A stretch of DNA of 64,000 nt, taken from contig NW_021836312.1 in NCBI RefSeq assembly GCF_006345805.1, forward strand, positions 1 through 64,000, in the 5' to 3' direction. This document shows, piece after piece, positions 27,382-40,934 of the stretch (position 1 is the first letter of the stretch; every line of letters begins with the position of its first letter). The notes beneath the pieces were generated by a model that saw nothing but the letters and a program-made list of their open reading frames with translations, was not told where the DNA came from and did no database searches. Source of the DNA: Octopus sinensis. Taxonomy: Eukaryota. Both the position numbers and the translations under genes were made by a program.

Positions 27382-27549
27382 TACATACAAACAATGAAAT
27401 AAGAAGTTGAACTCAACTAAACGGCAGAAAAAATATTTATACAGTGAGGAAATATTAAGAACCAAAAAAAGACAAACTAGAAGAGCAATTCCAAAATATA
27501 ACTGCAAAATGGTGAGGAAAATCATTCTAAGACCAAAAGCAAAGAAGAA

Positions 27550-27586
<37 letters not shown>

Positions 27587-27828
27587 AACGAGAAGACATC
27601 GGAAGAAGAGGAGGGAGGGGCAGAAGGATGTGGACATGGACGAATGCGAGGACGAGGGTTGAAGGAGGACAATAGGAGGGTTAGCAGCAACAGAATCAAC
27701 ACAAAAAAGAACGTAATAACAATAAAATAAGAGTGAGGGTAGAGAGAATGAATGAAAGGATAAAGATAGGCAAATACAGTGTAAGTTATAATTACAGTAT
27801 ACATATCTGTGTATATATCTATATATGT

Positions 27829-28112
27829 GGAGGCGCAATGGCCTAGTGGTTAGGGCAGCGGACTCGCGGTTTTGATTCCCAAACCGGGTGTTGTGAGTGT
27901 TTATTGAGCGAAAACACCTAAAAGCTCCACGAGGCTCCGGCAGGGGGTGGTGATCCCTGCTGTACTCTTTCACCACTCTTTCTCCCACTCTTTCTTCTGT
28001 TGGCCTGCTCGCTTAGCCAGCGGGGTGGCGTCATTCGAAGGCTTAAACAATGCGAACGCATTCTGACCAGCGATGTGTAACTACATCTGATGGACTGGTC
28101 GGTCACGTGATC
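27829..28112 (+). mobile_element. tRNA(Arg)-like SINE family C
   Basis: Homologous to 18439-18736. Confidence 0.85.
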
Positions 28113-28329
28113 ACGTGATATCTGTATATAATGCGTTGATTTAAAGCGAAAATGTTTTCCCTATATTTACCGTAAGAACTAACAAATGTTTCAAATTATT
28201 CCAGAGGAATGTATATTGTATGTTTAAAAACAAACAACATATTTACACATTTCAATATTCATGATTTATTTACATCACTGTGGTGGAAATTCTCAACGGC
28301 TAAATATAAAATAGTAGTAGCACTAATGC

Positions 28330-28370
<41 letters not shown>

Positions 28371-28762
28371 GTGATGATGATAATAAAATGCTTAAAAATA
28401 TTACAAAACAAAACTTAACAATTTTAGTATGAAAATAAACGAAACCATAATATATACTTTATCGATTTTGATCTTTTATAAAATGAGAAAATTAAAGATA
28501 CCAGAAATGCAAATTAAAATTATAAAGTATGATGAAAAACGATTATATTTTGGGGTAAAGGAACGGAAAATAGAAACAAAATTGAAAATTTTCTGAAATT
28601 TCAGTGTAACGATCTTAACACGATATAAAGTTAATTTATCAACTCTCTCTCACTCACTGTCTGTGTCTCTCTCTTTCTATCTCTATCTCTTACCCACCCA
28701 CCTCATATCTATATATATGTTTGGTCAAGTCAGTGTCTTGCTACTCCGAGTTTCACCTGCAG

Positions 28763-28831
28763 ACACGCAGGATTTCCAGGCAAGTTGTGACTTGCAGCCA
28801 GCACTTTCTTGACGATCCTGTGTATCTACAG
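28763..28831 (+). CDS. Putative 69-nt phase 0-0 exon (TRRISRQVVTCSQHFLDDPVYLQ)
   Basis: tttcacctgcag| acceptor, cag|gtgaga donor, only frame 0 open. Confidence 0.4.
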
Positions 28832-29037
28832 GTGAGAGTCAGAGTAGAAAGAAACTGACTCAAGCTAAATGAAATATCAGCAAACCATACTATGGTATTT
28901 GAATTCAATTTTCACAGTTAATACTAAAAGGACGTATATATATCTAAAATAACATATATACAGATATGTATATATTATTCTAACGTAGTTACTCGTCGTC
29001 AAGTATTGGTGTATCGCCACTATATATGACGATACCT

Positions 29038-29433
29038 ATTATTTACTACCCACAAGGGGCTAAACACAGAGGGGACACACAAGGACAGACAAACGGATTA
29101 AGTCGATTATATCGACCCCAGTGCTTGCGTAACTGGTATTTATTTAATCGACCCCGAAAGGATGAAAGGCAAATTTGACCTCGGCGGAATTTGAACTCAG
29201 AACGTAGCGGCAGACGAAATACATATTTCTTTACTACCCACAAGGGGCTAAACACAGAGGGGACAAGCAAGGACAGGCAAAGGGATTAAATCGATTAAAT
29301 TGACCCCAGTGCTTTAACTGGTACTTATTTAATCGACCCCCAAAGGATGAAAGGCAAAGTTGATCTCGGTGGAATTTGAACTCAGAACGTAGCGGCAGAC
29401 GAAATACCGCTAACGATTCTGCCAGCTCGCAGG
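29038..29433 (-). mobile_element. SINE family B dimer with a 15-bp target-site duplication
   Basis: tatatgacgatacct at 29023-29037 and 29434-29448; internal junction at ~29222. Confidence 0.85.
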
Positions 29434-29690
29434 TATATGACGATACCTGTTTACACTATAACCGTGTAGTAACAATTAAACATATAACGAAGCAGGGTAA
29501 CAACAACGTAGTAAGCCAACAAACTCTCCATGAACTATACACGAGCCAACACAAACTACAAAAACAACACCTTACGACTTCCTGCGATTAACGCCTACTC
29601 TCTGCCTCTCACTGAGACCGCTACTATTCATAGTCGTTCGGTCAAGTCAAATCTCGCAAGGAATATAAATAATTGACCTTTCAATAAATT

Positions 29691-30933
29691 TTATACAATG
29701 AAATAATTTCCATAATTATTAATGACCTTTGCACATCTATAAAGCAATTTAAATATTCCATCAGCATACAATTTTAGTTTTCAAGAAAATGAGTTATCTC
29801 GATGCATTTTGAATCAATCTAAATCATTAAATGTTTTTCCTTGCAATGAGTTTTGTAGAGTCGAAAACAAGTGGTAGCCGTAGGGCACAATATAAGTAGA
29901 ATATGGTGTGTGGGGTAAGAGATCCCAGCCAAGTTCTTGTAACTTCGCTTGGATAGCCAAAGACACATGTGGTCAGGCATTGTATCCTTGGAACACTATC
30001 CCTTTCCTGGTGGCAATTTCCGGCCTCAGTTCTTAGAAATTTTGGTTCAAATGAACCAGCTTACGACAGTAAACATCCGCATTAATGGTTTGATTTTGTG
30101 GGAAACGCTCATAATAGATAATGCTTTTATGATCCCACCAAAAACAAAGCGTGGCTATATGGATTCGGTACAAAGGCAGCGAGCTGGCAGAAACGTTAGC
30201 GTGCCGGGCGAAATGCCTAGCGGTATTTCGTCTGTTGTTACGTTCTGAGTTCAAATTCCGCCGAGGTCAACTTTGCCTTTCATCCTTTCGGGGTCGATAA
30301 ATAAAGTACCAGTTTCGCACTGGGGTCGATGTAATCGACTTAATCCCTTTGCCTGTCCTTGTTCGTCCCCTCTATGTTTAGCCCCTTGTGGGCCGTAAAG
30401 AAATATATTTTGGATTCGGTATTCGTTTGTGGTTGCTGTTTTGAGAGATCGTTAAGTAAACTCCATGATCTTTTTCGCACTACTTTTTGGTACACAATCC
30501 ACTTTTCATCTCCAGTCACACGTTGTTTCAAAGAGGGCATGCTTTCATTCTGTTTCAAAAGCATATCACAAATGGAATACCGGTCCAAGCAATTCCTTTT
30601 TGAGTTTGTGAGGGATACATACAATATAGCGTGGAATGTATCCTATGTATAAGCCGTACTTTTAGAAACTTCCAACTCCTCTGCAAGATAATTGAGTTTT
30701 CTTCGATTTTTGCCTTCAAAACATCTTCATCCAATTCTGAAGGTCTTCCATAGCGACTGACATCTTCCAAGTTAAAGCTTTAGATTTTGCAAACTAACTT
30801 CGAACAATTGATTCACCTACAGTACCATCACCATACACTTCTCAAAATGTTTTTCAAGTTTTGCAGTAGTTTTCTTATTTTTTTAAAAAAAGAAAGGCTT
30901 TAGAATGCGAACATGAAATTTTTGGTTATCCAT
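29691..30933 (-). pseudogene. Near full-length decayed mariner transposase, interrupted by a SINE
   Basis: MDNQKFHVR..., LEDVSRYGRPSELDED, VTGDEKWIVY, CFWWDHKSIIYYE..QTINADVYC, PHVS..LQELGWDLLPHTPYS..YHLF..LQNSL. Confidence 0.9.
30175..30405 (+). mobile_element. SINE family B inserted in the mariner
   Basis: Consensus match; tggattcggta duplicated at 30160-30170 and 30411-30421. Confidence 0.9.
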
Positions 30934-31459
30934 TTCAAATGTCAGGAAAGCGTAACCGGAATGAAAGATAAATCTATTTTTAGTTTGGAACAAAGAATAA
31001 ATACTCTAAGTTTTTAATTATAATACATTTCAGGTGTGTTCAATGAAGCGTTAAAAATTTAGCTTAAAAACCCTCGAAACTATCCGGAAACCAAATGTAT
31101 ATTTTTTATTCTTTTATTCTTTTATTGTTTCAGTCATTTGACTGTGACCATGATGGAGAACCGTCTTCAAGGGTGTTATTCGAAGAAATTGACTGAAGGA
31201 CTTATTCTTTGCAAGCCTCTAGTACTTATTCTATCGTTCTTTTTCCGAACCACTATGTTACGGGCACATAAACATACAAGCGTCGGTTATTAAGCGAGGT
31301 GGAGAGGCAAACGCAAACACGCACAAATATATACATACATACATACATACATACCTATATAATATGTATGTTGACATATATACGTAGTTGGGAAGCAACC
31401 ATGTGGTTGAGAAGGAAGCTTCTTACCACACAGCCACGCATGCGCCTATGAGTGTAGGC

Positions 31460-31527
<68 letters not shown>

Positions 31528-31693
31528 GTGTATGTATACATATATATGTATAGACAGACAAACAAAGCGAGAGATAGATAGATGGATAGATAGATAGATA
31601 GATCGGCAAACAAGCCACAGTTATATAGATAGAGTGGTATATATAGCTTTAGAATGAATATAGATTTACGTATACATTTATCTATATATTACC

Positions 31694-31737
<44 letters not shown>

Positions 31738-31859
31738 GGTAATATATAGATAGATGTATGCATAAATCTATATTCATTCTAAAGCTATATATACCACTCT
31801 CTCTTTCTCTCACACTTTCTCTCACACTTTCTCTCTCTCTCTCCTTCTCTCTCTCTCTC

Positions 31860-31913
<54 letters not shown>

Positions 31914-31999
31914 GCTATTTATGCACACACATACACATATATACACACATAGCACACATATATATTTATATGAATACATACATACACACCACACCACAC

Positions 32000-32059
<60 letters not shown>

Positions 32060-32924
32060 CACGTGTATCTATATATGTATGTATCTATTTTCAGAGCTAT
32101 ATTTGAAAGATAAAAAAAAATTCTAGTGCGAATATCACAGTATGTGAAAGGTTGTGTGATTGTGTATTTATATGTGTGTGTGTGTACGTATGCCTGTTAC
32201 TTTGCGCTGGGATGTGTATGTGTCTCCTTTATATAATGGGTATATAGGGATATGTTTATTGAGAAACTGTAGAACAATCTTTATTGACCCAAAGAACGAA
32301 TAATGCCAAGAAAATTAAAATGCAACAAAAAATACCAAATATGTTTTTTAAAGTTTCTTTTTAAAAACATAATATATTTTAAATTGTTTTTAAATTCAAA
32401 TCAAGAGTTAGTTTAAAATTTCCGGTTGACATATCACCGAATTAAAAAAAGAAATTGGAGATGGAAAATGGAATACGATGTGTGCAATGTTGGAAAATGT
32501 GTTTGGAGCTAGTGAAATACAAGACAGCAGAAAAGACTAAATGATGCAAGTTGTAATGTCAACATGAGGATATGGTTCGAGCAACGTTGAATTTTTTTCT
32601 TTTAATTATTCAGCAATTTAATGTTTGACGAAGCTTGAAATAAATGGTGTGTTTAGTGAAAGTAGAGACAAGGTAAATTTACATACATCGAGTCTCAAAA
32701 TTTATTCAAGTGTTCCAATTTACACCGTCTATAGCTCACACACGCGTATCATCTTACAGCGCCCATTGTACTCTCACATACACTTTTATGCTTCCCTACA
32801 AACCTACTCTCCCTCCTTCTCCTTTTTCCTAACTCCTTCTCTACCTCCCTGTTTCCCTCCTTTCCTACCTTTCTATTCTATGTAAATACCTACCTACCCA
32901 TATATACGTATATATTTTATTATG

Positions 32925-32960
<36 letters not shown>

Positions 32961-32964
<4 letters not shown>

Positions 32965-33790
32965 GCTGAGTAAAAAGTAAGCAACTAAGCAACGTTTTCG
33001 AGCATGAAATTCATCACGATATATTTCAACAATGCGGAAATTTTATTCAACAAAGTTACTACTATTACAATCAACACATCTCTGCCAACGAGTTACGAGC
33101 TTGTTTATTCCGGTAACATAAAAATCTAGAGTTCTGGAGCTGATGAACTCTTCGAACACACTTTCAGCATCGGTTTGATTTTTGAACTCCTTCCCTCGCA
33201 GGAAACCACCAAGGTTTTGAAAAAGTGGTAGTCGGTAGAAGAATGGTCTGGGGAATAAGTTGGGCCGGGAGAACTTCGTAGCCAAGTTCTATCAATTTCT
33301 GGAGCGTCATAACTGAAACGTGTGGTCAAGCATTTTCATGAACGATGATTGGCCCTCTTCTGTTGACCAGTCTGGGACTGAGAAGTAGCGGTTTTTCGTT
33401 CATTTTGGCAATTTCATGGAAATATGTTTCTGCATTAATGGTTTTGCCAGGTTTAAGAAGCTATAGTGGATGAATCCAGCTGTACACCACCAAACAGTTA
33501 CCATAAACTTCTTTTTGAGCTTGTGTTTAGGGAAGGTTTTGGTGCTTCCTTTTGGTCCAGCGACTGTGAAGAACGTTTTTTTTTTTATTATTGTACAGAA
33601 TCTACTTTCATCGCAAGTTACAATACAGTCACGAAATGGATCGGTCCGATTTAGGAGAAGAAACGACGAGCAAATTTCATATATTTGCATTTGCTGATTT
33701 TCATTCAAATCGTGCGGTACGCATTTGTCGAGGTCTTTTGATTTTCCGATCGCATGCAAATGGTTGCAAGCAGTTTTCTTGTTAACCACT
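32961..33790 (-). pseudogene. Decayed HsMar1/SETMAR-like mariner transposase (C-terminal two-thirds plus TIR-like end)
   Basis: HLHAIGKSKDLDKCVPHDL, DPFRDCIVTCDE, VTVWWCTAGFIHYSFL, YSPDHSSTDYHFFK, FYVTGINKLVTRWQRCVDCN. Confidence 0.9.
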
Positions 33791-33799
33791 ATGCATATG

Positions 33800-33875
33800 G
33801 CATAGTGATTAAGAGCGCGGGTTACTAACCCCAATATTCCGAGGTCGATTCCAGACAGTGACCTGAATATTAATA

Positions 33876-33966
<91 letters not shown>

Positions 33967-33980
33967 TAATAATAATAATA
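33800..33980 (+). mobile_element. Short tRNA-like SINE head followed by (AAT)n
   Basis: ggcatagtgattaagagcgcggg...ccgaggtcgattccag: A/B-box-like. Confidence 0.55.
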
Positions 33981-33984
33981 ACAT

Positions 33985-34450
33985 TGTTTTCTCTTGGTAT
34001 AAAAGATGGGCTACAGCAAATATTCTGCTCAATACCACAGATTTGCTTGTCGGTTGTTTGACCTTAACCAGTTGAGCATGTCCCTTAGTAGGTGACGATA
34101 TGTGCATCTCTGATCACGAGCAGAAGTAGTGGGGGAGCATCATAGCCATGTGTTGAGAGGGATTATTTGGGGTTTAAATAATTCACCTCTGGAAACATGG
34201 GTGGTTCTTTCAACATCCTTAAACAGCCCTTATTCAGGGACCTTTTGAGCGGGATGGGCTACTCAAACTGAAGAAAATTCTAACTGAGCCCCACCTGCAA
34301 GGTCATGTGCAGTATATCTTGATATGAGATCACCATGTCGCGCACATATGGTTGTGATGCATGTGCATGGTGTACCCTTATCAGACGGGTAGTCATGATG
34401 GGTATATTTGGCTTCGTGTATTTTACCCCAGTGTCACTTTGATGTCATGA
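33985..34450. repeat. Unclassified GC-richer segment, probably an interspersed repeat, bounded by (AAT)n
   Basis: Composition contrast, microsatellite-bounded; only one copy in the window. Confidence 0.35.
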
Positions 34451-34469
34451 ACTGCTCTCTCAATCAATC

Positions 34470-34519
<50 letters not shown>

Positions 34520-34571
34520 CAACATCGAAAAATACCTTAGGGATGAGAAACCAGGTTCGAAATTTCCCCAA

Positions 34572-34617
34572 GGCACCTGATGAAGGCTGGAGGGTATATC
34601 AGCTGAAACGTTGTGTT
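34572..34617 (+). ncRNA. Minimal hammerhead-like motif in a pLTR-type repeat
   Basis: GCAC-CUGAUGA-A-GGCUG(10 nt)CAGCU-GAAAC-GUU^GUGU; stems I and II form, helix III has no loop. Confidence 0.5.
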
Positions 34618-34845
34618 AACAACAAACAAAATGAGGTCAGATATCTGTCAATTGTAAATAATGTAAATAAGGTGTATATATATGTTGTCATTTCTTTCTC
34701 TTTTGCCTGCGTTCTTTGCCTTTTAAGTGTTGTGGTTTTACTGAGATCTCCCTTTTAAGTAGAAAGAATAGCCATAACTCGTTGACTGCTATTTCTAAAT
34801 TCGGTGTGTGGTGAGGTAAATAGTTACTAAACCTTTAATTACTTA

Positions 34846-34882
<37 letters not shown>

Positions 34883-35788
34883 TACATTTATGGGAATATG
34901 TATCTATTAATAACCGTAACCAACCAGATTTTTCAGAACGTCGAAATACATACTTTGCTGTATTTGTTCCGTCACTAATAGGTCTGATGAAATCCACACC
35001 CCGCTCAATGTCACACACACGCAGACACACACTAACACGCACACATCTTTTATTCATATATCTTTTAAAACGGGAAGCGTTTTGAATATGGAAATATAGT
35101 TCCTATCTTATTATGCCGGCCACAGTCTAATGATGCTGACTGGTGAACCGGGTTTTTGAGATACTACCCTGTAATCATCCCAGGAATACGGACTGTAACC
35201 TTAAGGGACATATGTTTTGTGGAAAGGTGCATAACGATACATTAAATGCATATATATTCCATCCAAGAATTATTGTTATTACACACACACACATATATGT
35301 GTGTGTGTATGTATGTATATATATATTTAAATATCGCTATTATCAAGTGGCCTGCATGGGAATGAATACCATACAAAGGTGATAATCTTTTACAACTATA
35401 AATAAGGGTATCTGAGAGACATCACCACTCCAAAAGAGCAGTCAAATCCCTGACTCTAAAAACCAAATTAAATGTTTATATCGCACCATAAGATAAGACA
35501 GAGAGACAAAATAAACTGGCAAAAAGATATTACTGAATAATTCTAGATCCTGGATTTCTAGCTTAGCTTCAAATAAGCTCTGCTTTCGTCAGTTGAATAT
35601 ATCAGATGGGCACATAAATACAAATATATATATACAGAACACACGTTATACTTACGTATACGAACGCCCATACCTGCATATATATGTACGTATGTACAAG
35701 GCCAGTTCAAATTGCCCGCCAACCACCTCATATATATATATATATATATAATATATATATATATATATTATATATATATATAATATAT

Positions 35789-35822
<34 letters not shown>

Positions 35823-36821
35823 CATATATATATACATACATATATTCTTGTACATACATATATACATACATATATATATATATAATATATATATATATAT
35901 AATGTGTGTGTGTGTGTGTTTGTGTATGTGTGTTTGTGCGAGTGTGTGTGTACTTTCACCAATTTACAAATAGAACTTAAAGAAAAGAAAAATGTGTTTC
36001 CTTCATATATTTTGAAGTTTATCCAAACTTTAGTTGATTGAAGAGGAAACTGGTTGAAAGAGAGGAAATGTGGAAATAAAGCTTACTTACAATATAGAAT
36101 CCTCCAGTTGAACTTTATTTCCAAATAGATTATATTTATGTGCTACTGAATTCTATTATATATAGTTACCTGATGATTCGACTTAAGTTAAATTTCAAAA
36201 ACACACACACATACACACACACATACATATGCAAGGATAACTCTGTCTAGTTGTTTATGAAGTTTATTTTATATATATACATTTACTTGAATGCTTGAAT
36301 AGAAGTGATAAGTACCATATGATGATGTTTCTATTTACCAATTTAAAACGAATAATAAATTATGGATATATTCTAAAATCAAATCTTTGTGAAATATATT
36401 CAAAATATTTCTATGTCGAAAATATTTATGCGTCTAAAAATATAGCGCAATATTCCAACTGTGAAATATTTCTTTCAGCGAAATTCTCTTCACATTACGT
36501 CAAAAATTAATTAAAAACAGAAATACTGAAATAGATACTCATCGGATTTAATGTTAAAATATTGAATATAATCTTCGGATTAAATTCAACCTTTGTGCAA
36601 GCCTCCGGAATGATGTTTCGAAGTTTTTCGCATAACTTTATTGAAGAATGTAATCACATTATGAAATTCAAGTTTATATTTACATATATCATATATGGAT
36701 GCATATTTATACATATATATTACGTACATGTACATGTTTTATAAGTATGTATATATATTGTATATATATATATGTATGTTATATATATGTATACATACAT
36801 ATATATATATATAATATATAT

Positions 36822-36854
<33 letters not shown>

Positions 36855-36880
36855 CATACATACATATAATATATATACAT

Positions 36881-36912
<32 letters not shown>

Positions 36913-36925
36913 ATATATATATATT

Positions 36926-36988
<63 letters not shown>

Positions 36989-37005
36989 CATACATATATA
37001 CATAC

Positions 37006-37091
<86 letters not shown>

Positions 37092-38019
37092 GGATAGAAT
37101 ATTTATTTATTAAAATATACACTTTTCCAAGCAGTGAACGACACTTGCCAACGTATGACATTTTGTTTGTATGAAAGAATATTACTAGGAGAGAACTTCA
37201 CACGTGAAGTGGTCAAATCATAATCTGTTCAAGGCAATGTTACGCTTAAATTTTAAGTGTTAGGTTTGTTATAACATTTAAATTAATATGCAGTTGTATG
37301 GTTTCAGTAATACTGCAGTTAATACGAATGGTCACTTTTGGTCAGCTAAATCACTGACATAGAATTTCCTCAGTTTCTGATTGTGATCACCGGGATTTAT
37401 GTAAAGAACAAAATCAAATTTTAACTTTTCCCATAATCAAAATTCGTTCGAAGGAAAACTTGTATGGAGTGGCTCGATGCTTCGGAAATATGACAGAATC
37501 TCCCTAAAGAGCTCCGATCAACAACCTATCTTTTCAGACAGACACTAAAGGCACGGATATAGCATGAATACCTTCGGTTATGCTATCCTTCGAGTGTAGC
37601 TGATCAGAATGTAAACAACGATGGGAAGAAGAACCAACTATCAAATGAATTGCTCGATGTATGATTTTTCAAGGTTTTTTTTTTTTTTTTGAGGAACACA
37701 TGGTTTTACCAATGGTTCTTTTCCGCCCTTAAAAACTGGTTGCGAACGTAGGTTCAAACTTGAAACCTAGCTCGAATGCTTGAGACAGGGTGAACTTTCC
37801 TTAAGTAATTGGAATACCTTTGTAAATGTATTAGAGTTAAGCCGTATTTCTCGATTTGAAATGAAAAGCGAAGAGCTGAAACAAAGATCATAAGATATCA
37901 TTTCTGAATCTCTAAAAGTTTCGAAGGTCCGATTAACACGTAGTTCACCCATCTCGGAAATATATGAAGTAAACTTAACCTCGACGAAATTTGAATTAAA
38001 CGAATGAATTGCCGTAATA

Positions 38020-38630
38020 AATATTGGTTGCAAATTTTGCTACAACGCCAGCAAGATCAGGAAAGGGTGTAAGTTGATTACATCGACCCCAGTGCTCAAC
38101 TGGTACTTTGTCGATTCCGATAAGAGGATAAGCAACATCGGCTACGGTGAAATTTGAACTCAGAATGTGAAGACGGACGAAAAGCATTTTTCCTGACGTG
38201 TTAACAATTCTGCCAGCTCGTCGCCTTAAGTGCTGTAATAAATATTAGTTTCAAATTTTGGCATAAGGCTACCAAGATCGAGAGAGGCCGTAAGTCGATC
38301 CCATCGATCTCAGTACTCGACTGGTACATCTTTTATCAAAGTCGATCTTGGCGGAATTTGAATCCAGTAAGTAAAGAGGGACGGAATTCTGTTAAGTATT
38401 TTTCCTGGCGTGCTAACGATTCTGCCAACTCGCTACTTTAAGTCCCTTAATAAATATTGATTCCAAATTTTGGCACAAGACCAGTATTTTCAGGAAAGGG
38501 GGTAAAGCATCGTTTGCACCGACCCCAGCACTCAGCTGGCACTTATTTTATAGACATTCAAAAGGATGAAATTCGGCAAAGTTGAATTCGGTGGAATTTG
38601 AAATTTAGAAAGTAAAGACGGACGAAAAGT
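38020..38630 (-). mobile_element. Three degenerate head-to-tail SINE family B-related copies with an alternative tail
   Basis: Units start aaatatt.gtt.caaattttg at ~38020, ~38240, ~38453. Confidence 0.7.
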
Positions 38631-38799
38631 CAGTCAGTAGGCTTTTAAAGTTGTTCAGCCTCCATAATTGCTGGGGTTCCTTTGGGAACCACCTTAAAAG
38701 CCTCTGTTGGGACTATCAGATTTGCTCAATTGTTCTCTTGTTTAATTAGTTTCCATTCCTCTAGGAGCATCTGCTGCCTATTTGTAGGTCTACGGTATG

Positions 38800-39048
38800 T
38801 CAGCGCTTGGTCTTGGCTGCTGCTGCTGCAAAACTATTTTTGATATCTTCATTTATATTCTTTTCATTATTTTTGTTGTTGTCATTGTTGCTGCTGCAGC
38901 TGCTGTTGTTGTTGTTGTTCTTATCGATGTTGCTGGGTTTTGTTCTTGTTGCTGTCGTCACTTTTGCTCTCGTTTTTGGTTGTTATTGTTGTTGCCATCG
39001 CTACTACCACTGCTGTTACTTTCTTTTTCGTAGTTGTTGCTGCTCTCC

Positions 39049-39104
<56 letters not shown>

Positions 39105-39132
39105 ACTACTACCACCACTACTACTACTACTA

Positions 39133-39169
<37 letters not shown>

Positions 39170-39176
39170 AACTATA

Positions 39177-39239
<63 letters not shown>

Positions 39240-39248
39240 TTGCTGCTG

Positions 39249-39308
<60 letters not shown>

Positions 39309-39310
39309 TT
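38800..39310. repeat. Compound (GTT)/(CTA)/(CTG) microsatellite
   Basis: Direct triplet runs. Confidence 0.95.
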
Positions 39311-39867
39311 TCTACCGCTGTTAGTGTTTCTCTTACTATTTTTGTTACTGTTCGTTATACATTGTACCATGACAGTCTTGTTCTTCTCCGGCTCCCCCTT
39401 CCCCTGTATTGTTGCCCGTGACAGAGGAAAGGGAAGGGAAGTCTTCATCTATTGCTACTTATTAGTAAGAGGGTTTGTTTTGTTCTTCCTCAACTCTTTC
39501 AAGATACGCTCCGCCATCTTGTTGGGTTGTATTGATTCCATTAAATTTTAACACCGAATTTATTTGGTGGGCCGAAAATCGCCCCTCTGGGGGCTACACA
39601 GCCATGAAAAAATAATAGGTTCCTGGAACTTCTATTTACAACTTCGAATAAAATAATTATTGCAAAATTACACCAAACCTGGTGTAAATAAATATTTTGA
39701 AACGAACCTATCCATCCCAGTGTTTCACTGATACTTAATTTATCGACTTCGAAAGAATGAAAGGATGAAAGGCAAAGTCGACCTCGGCGGAATTTGAACT
39801 CAGAGCGTAGAGACGAGTGAACTATCGCTAAGCATTTCGCTCGGCTTGCTAACGATTCTGCCAGTTC

Positions 39868-39928
<61 letters not shown>

Positions 39929-40315
39929 TGATGATGATGATGATGATAACAACAACAACAACAACAATAATAATGGTCATATATCATTGACTACATTTTT
40001 ACAAAAATTATTTTAATTCCCGGGATTTTTATATTTTTTCTTTTTTACCCAATGTCAAATTTGACAGGTTTTACCTGAATGTATATTATCATGTATATAA
40101 ATCTGAATATGCGCATAAGGATGTAATAGAAAGAAAAAAAACATGCTAAAATATATTCCTGTAATAAATAGTATGCTGTAACACATTATTTCAATATTTC
40201 CTAGTTCATGCGTATTCACTCGTGTGTAGAGAGATTTTGTTGAGTGGCGCTATATTTAGTACACGTGCACGCCGGATTTTATTGGGATTGTCACGCTCAA
40301 TTAATAATTTTTCGA

Positions 40316-40346
<31 letters not shown>

Positions 40347-40537
40347 AACATATATACAGATGCATAGATACGCACACGCGTGTATAGACATACAAACTTA
40401 CTTTTGCACGCAAACACAGATACATACATACATACATATATACATACATAGATACATACTTAGATACATAGATACATACATATATATATGTGTGGTATAC
40501 ATATATTTTGCGCTTTTACTGTTCATGATGCAAACAT

Positions 40538-40568
<31 letters not shown>

Positions 40569-40599
40569 TATATATATATTAATACATATATAATATATA

Positions 40600-40662
<63 letters not shown>

Positions 40663-40866
40663 ATAACATATATATATATATATATATATTATATATACAT
40701 ATATAATATATACATGTATATATACATAATTTATGATATATATATATATATATATATACATTATACACATACACACATATATATATGTGTGTGTGTATAA
40801 TATATATAATATATATTATATGTATATATATATATGTATATATAAATGTATATATATATATATGTA

Positions 40867-40934
<68 letters not shown>

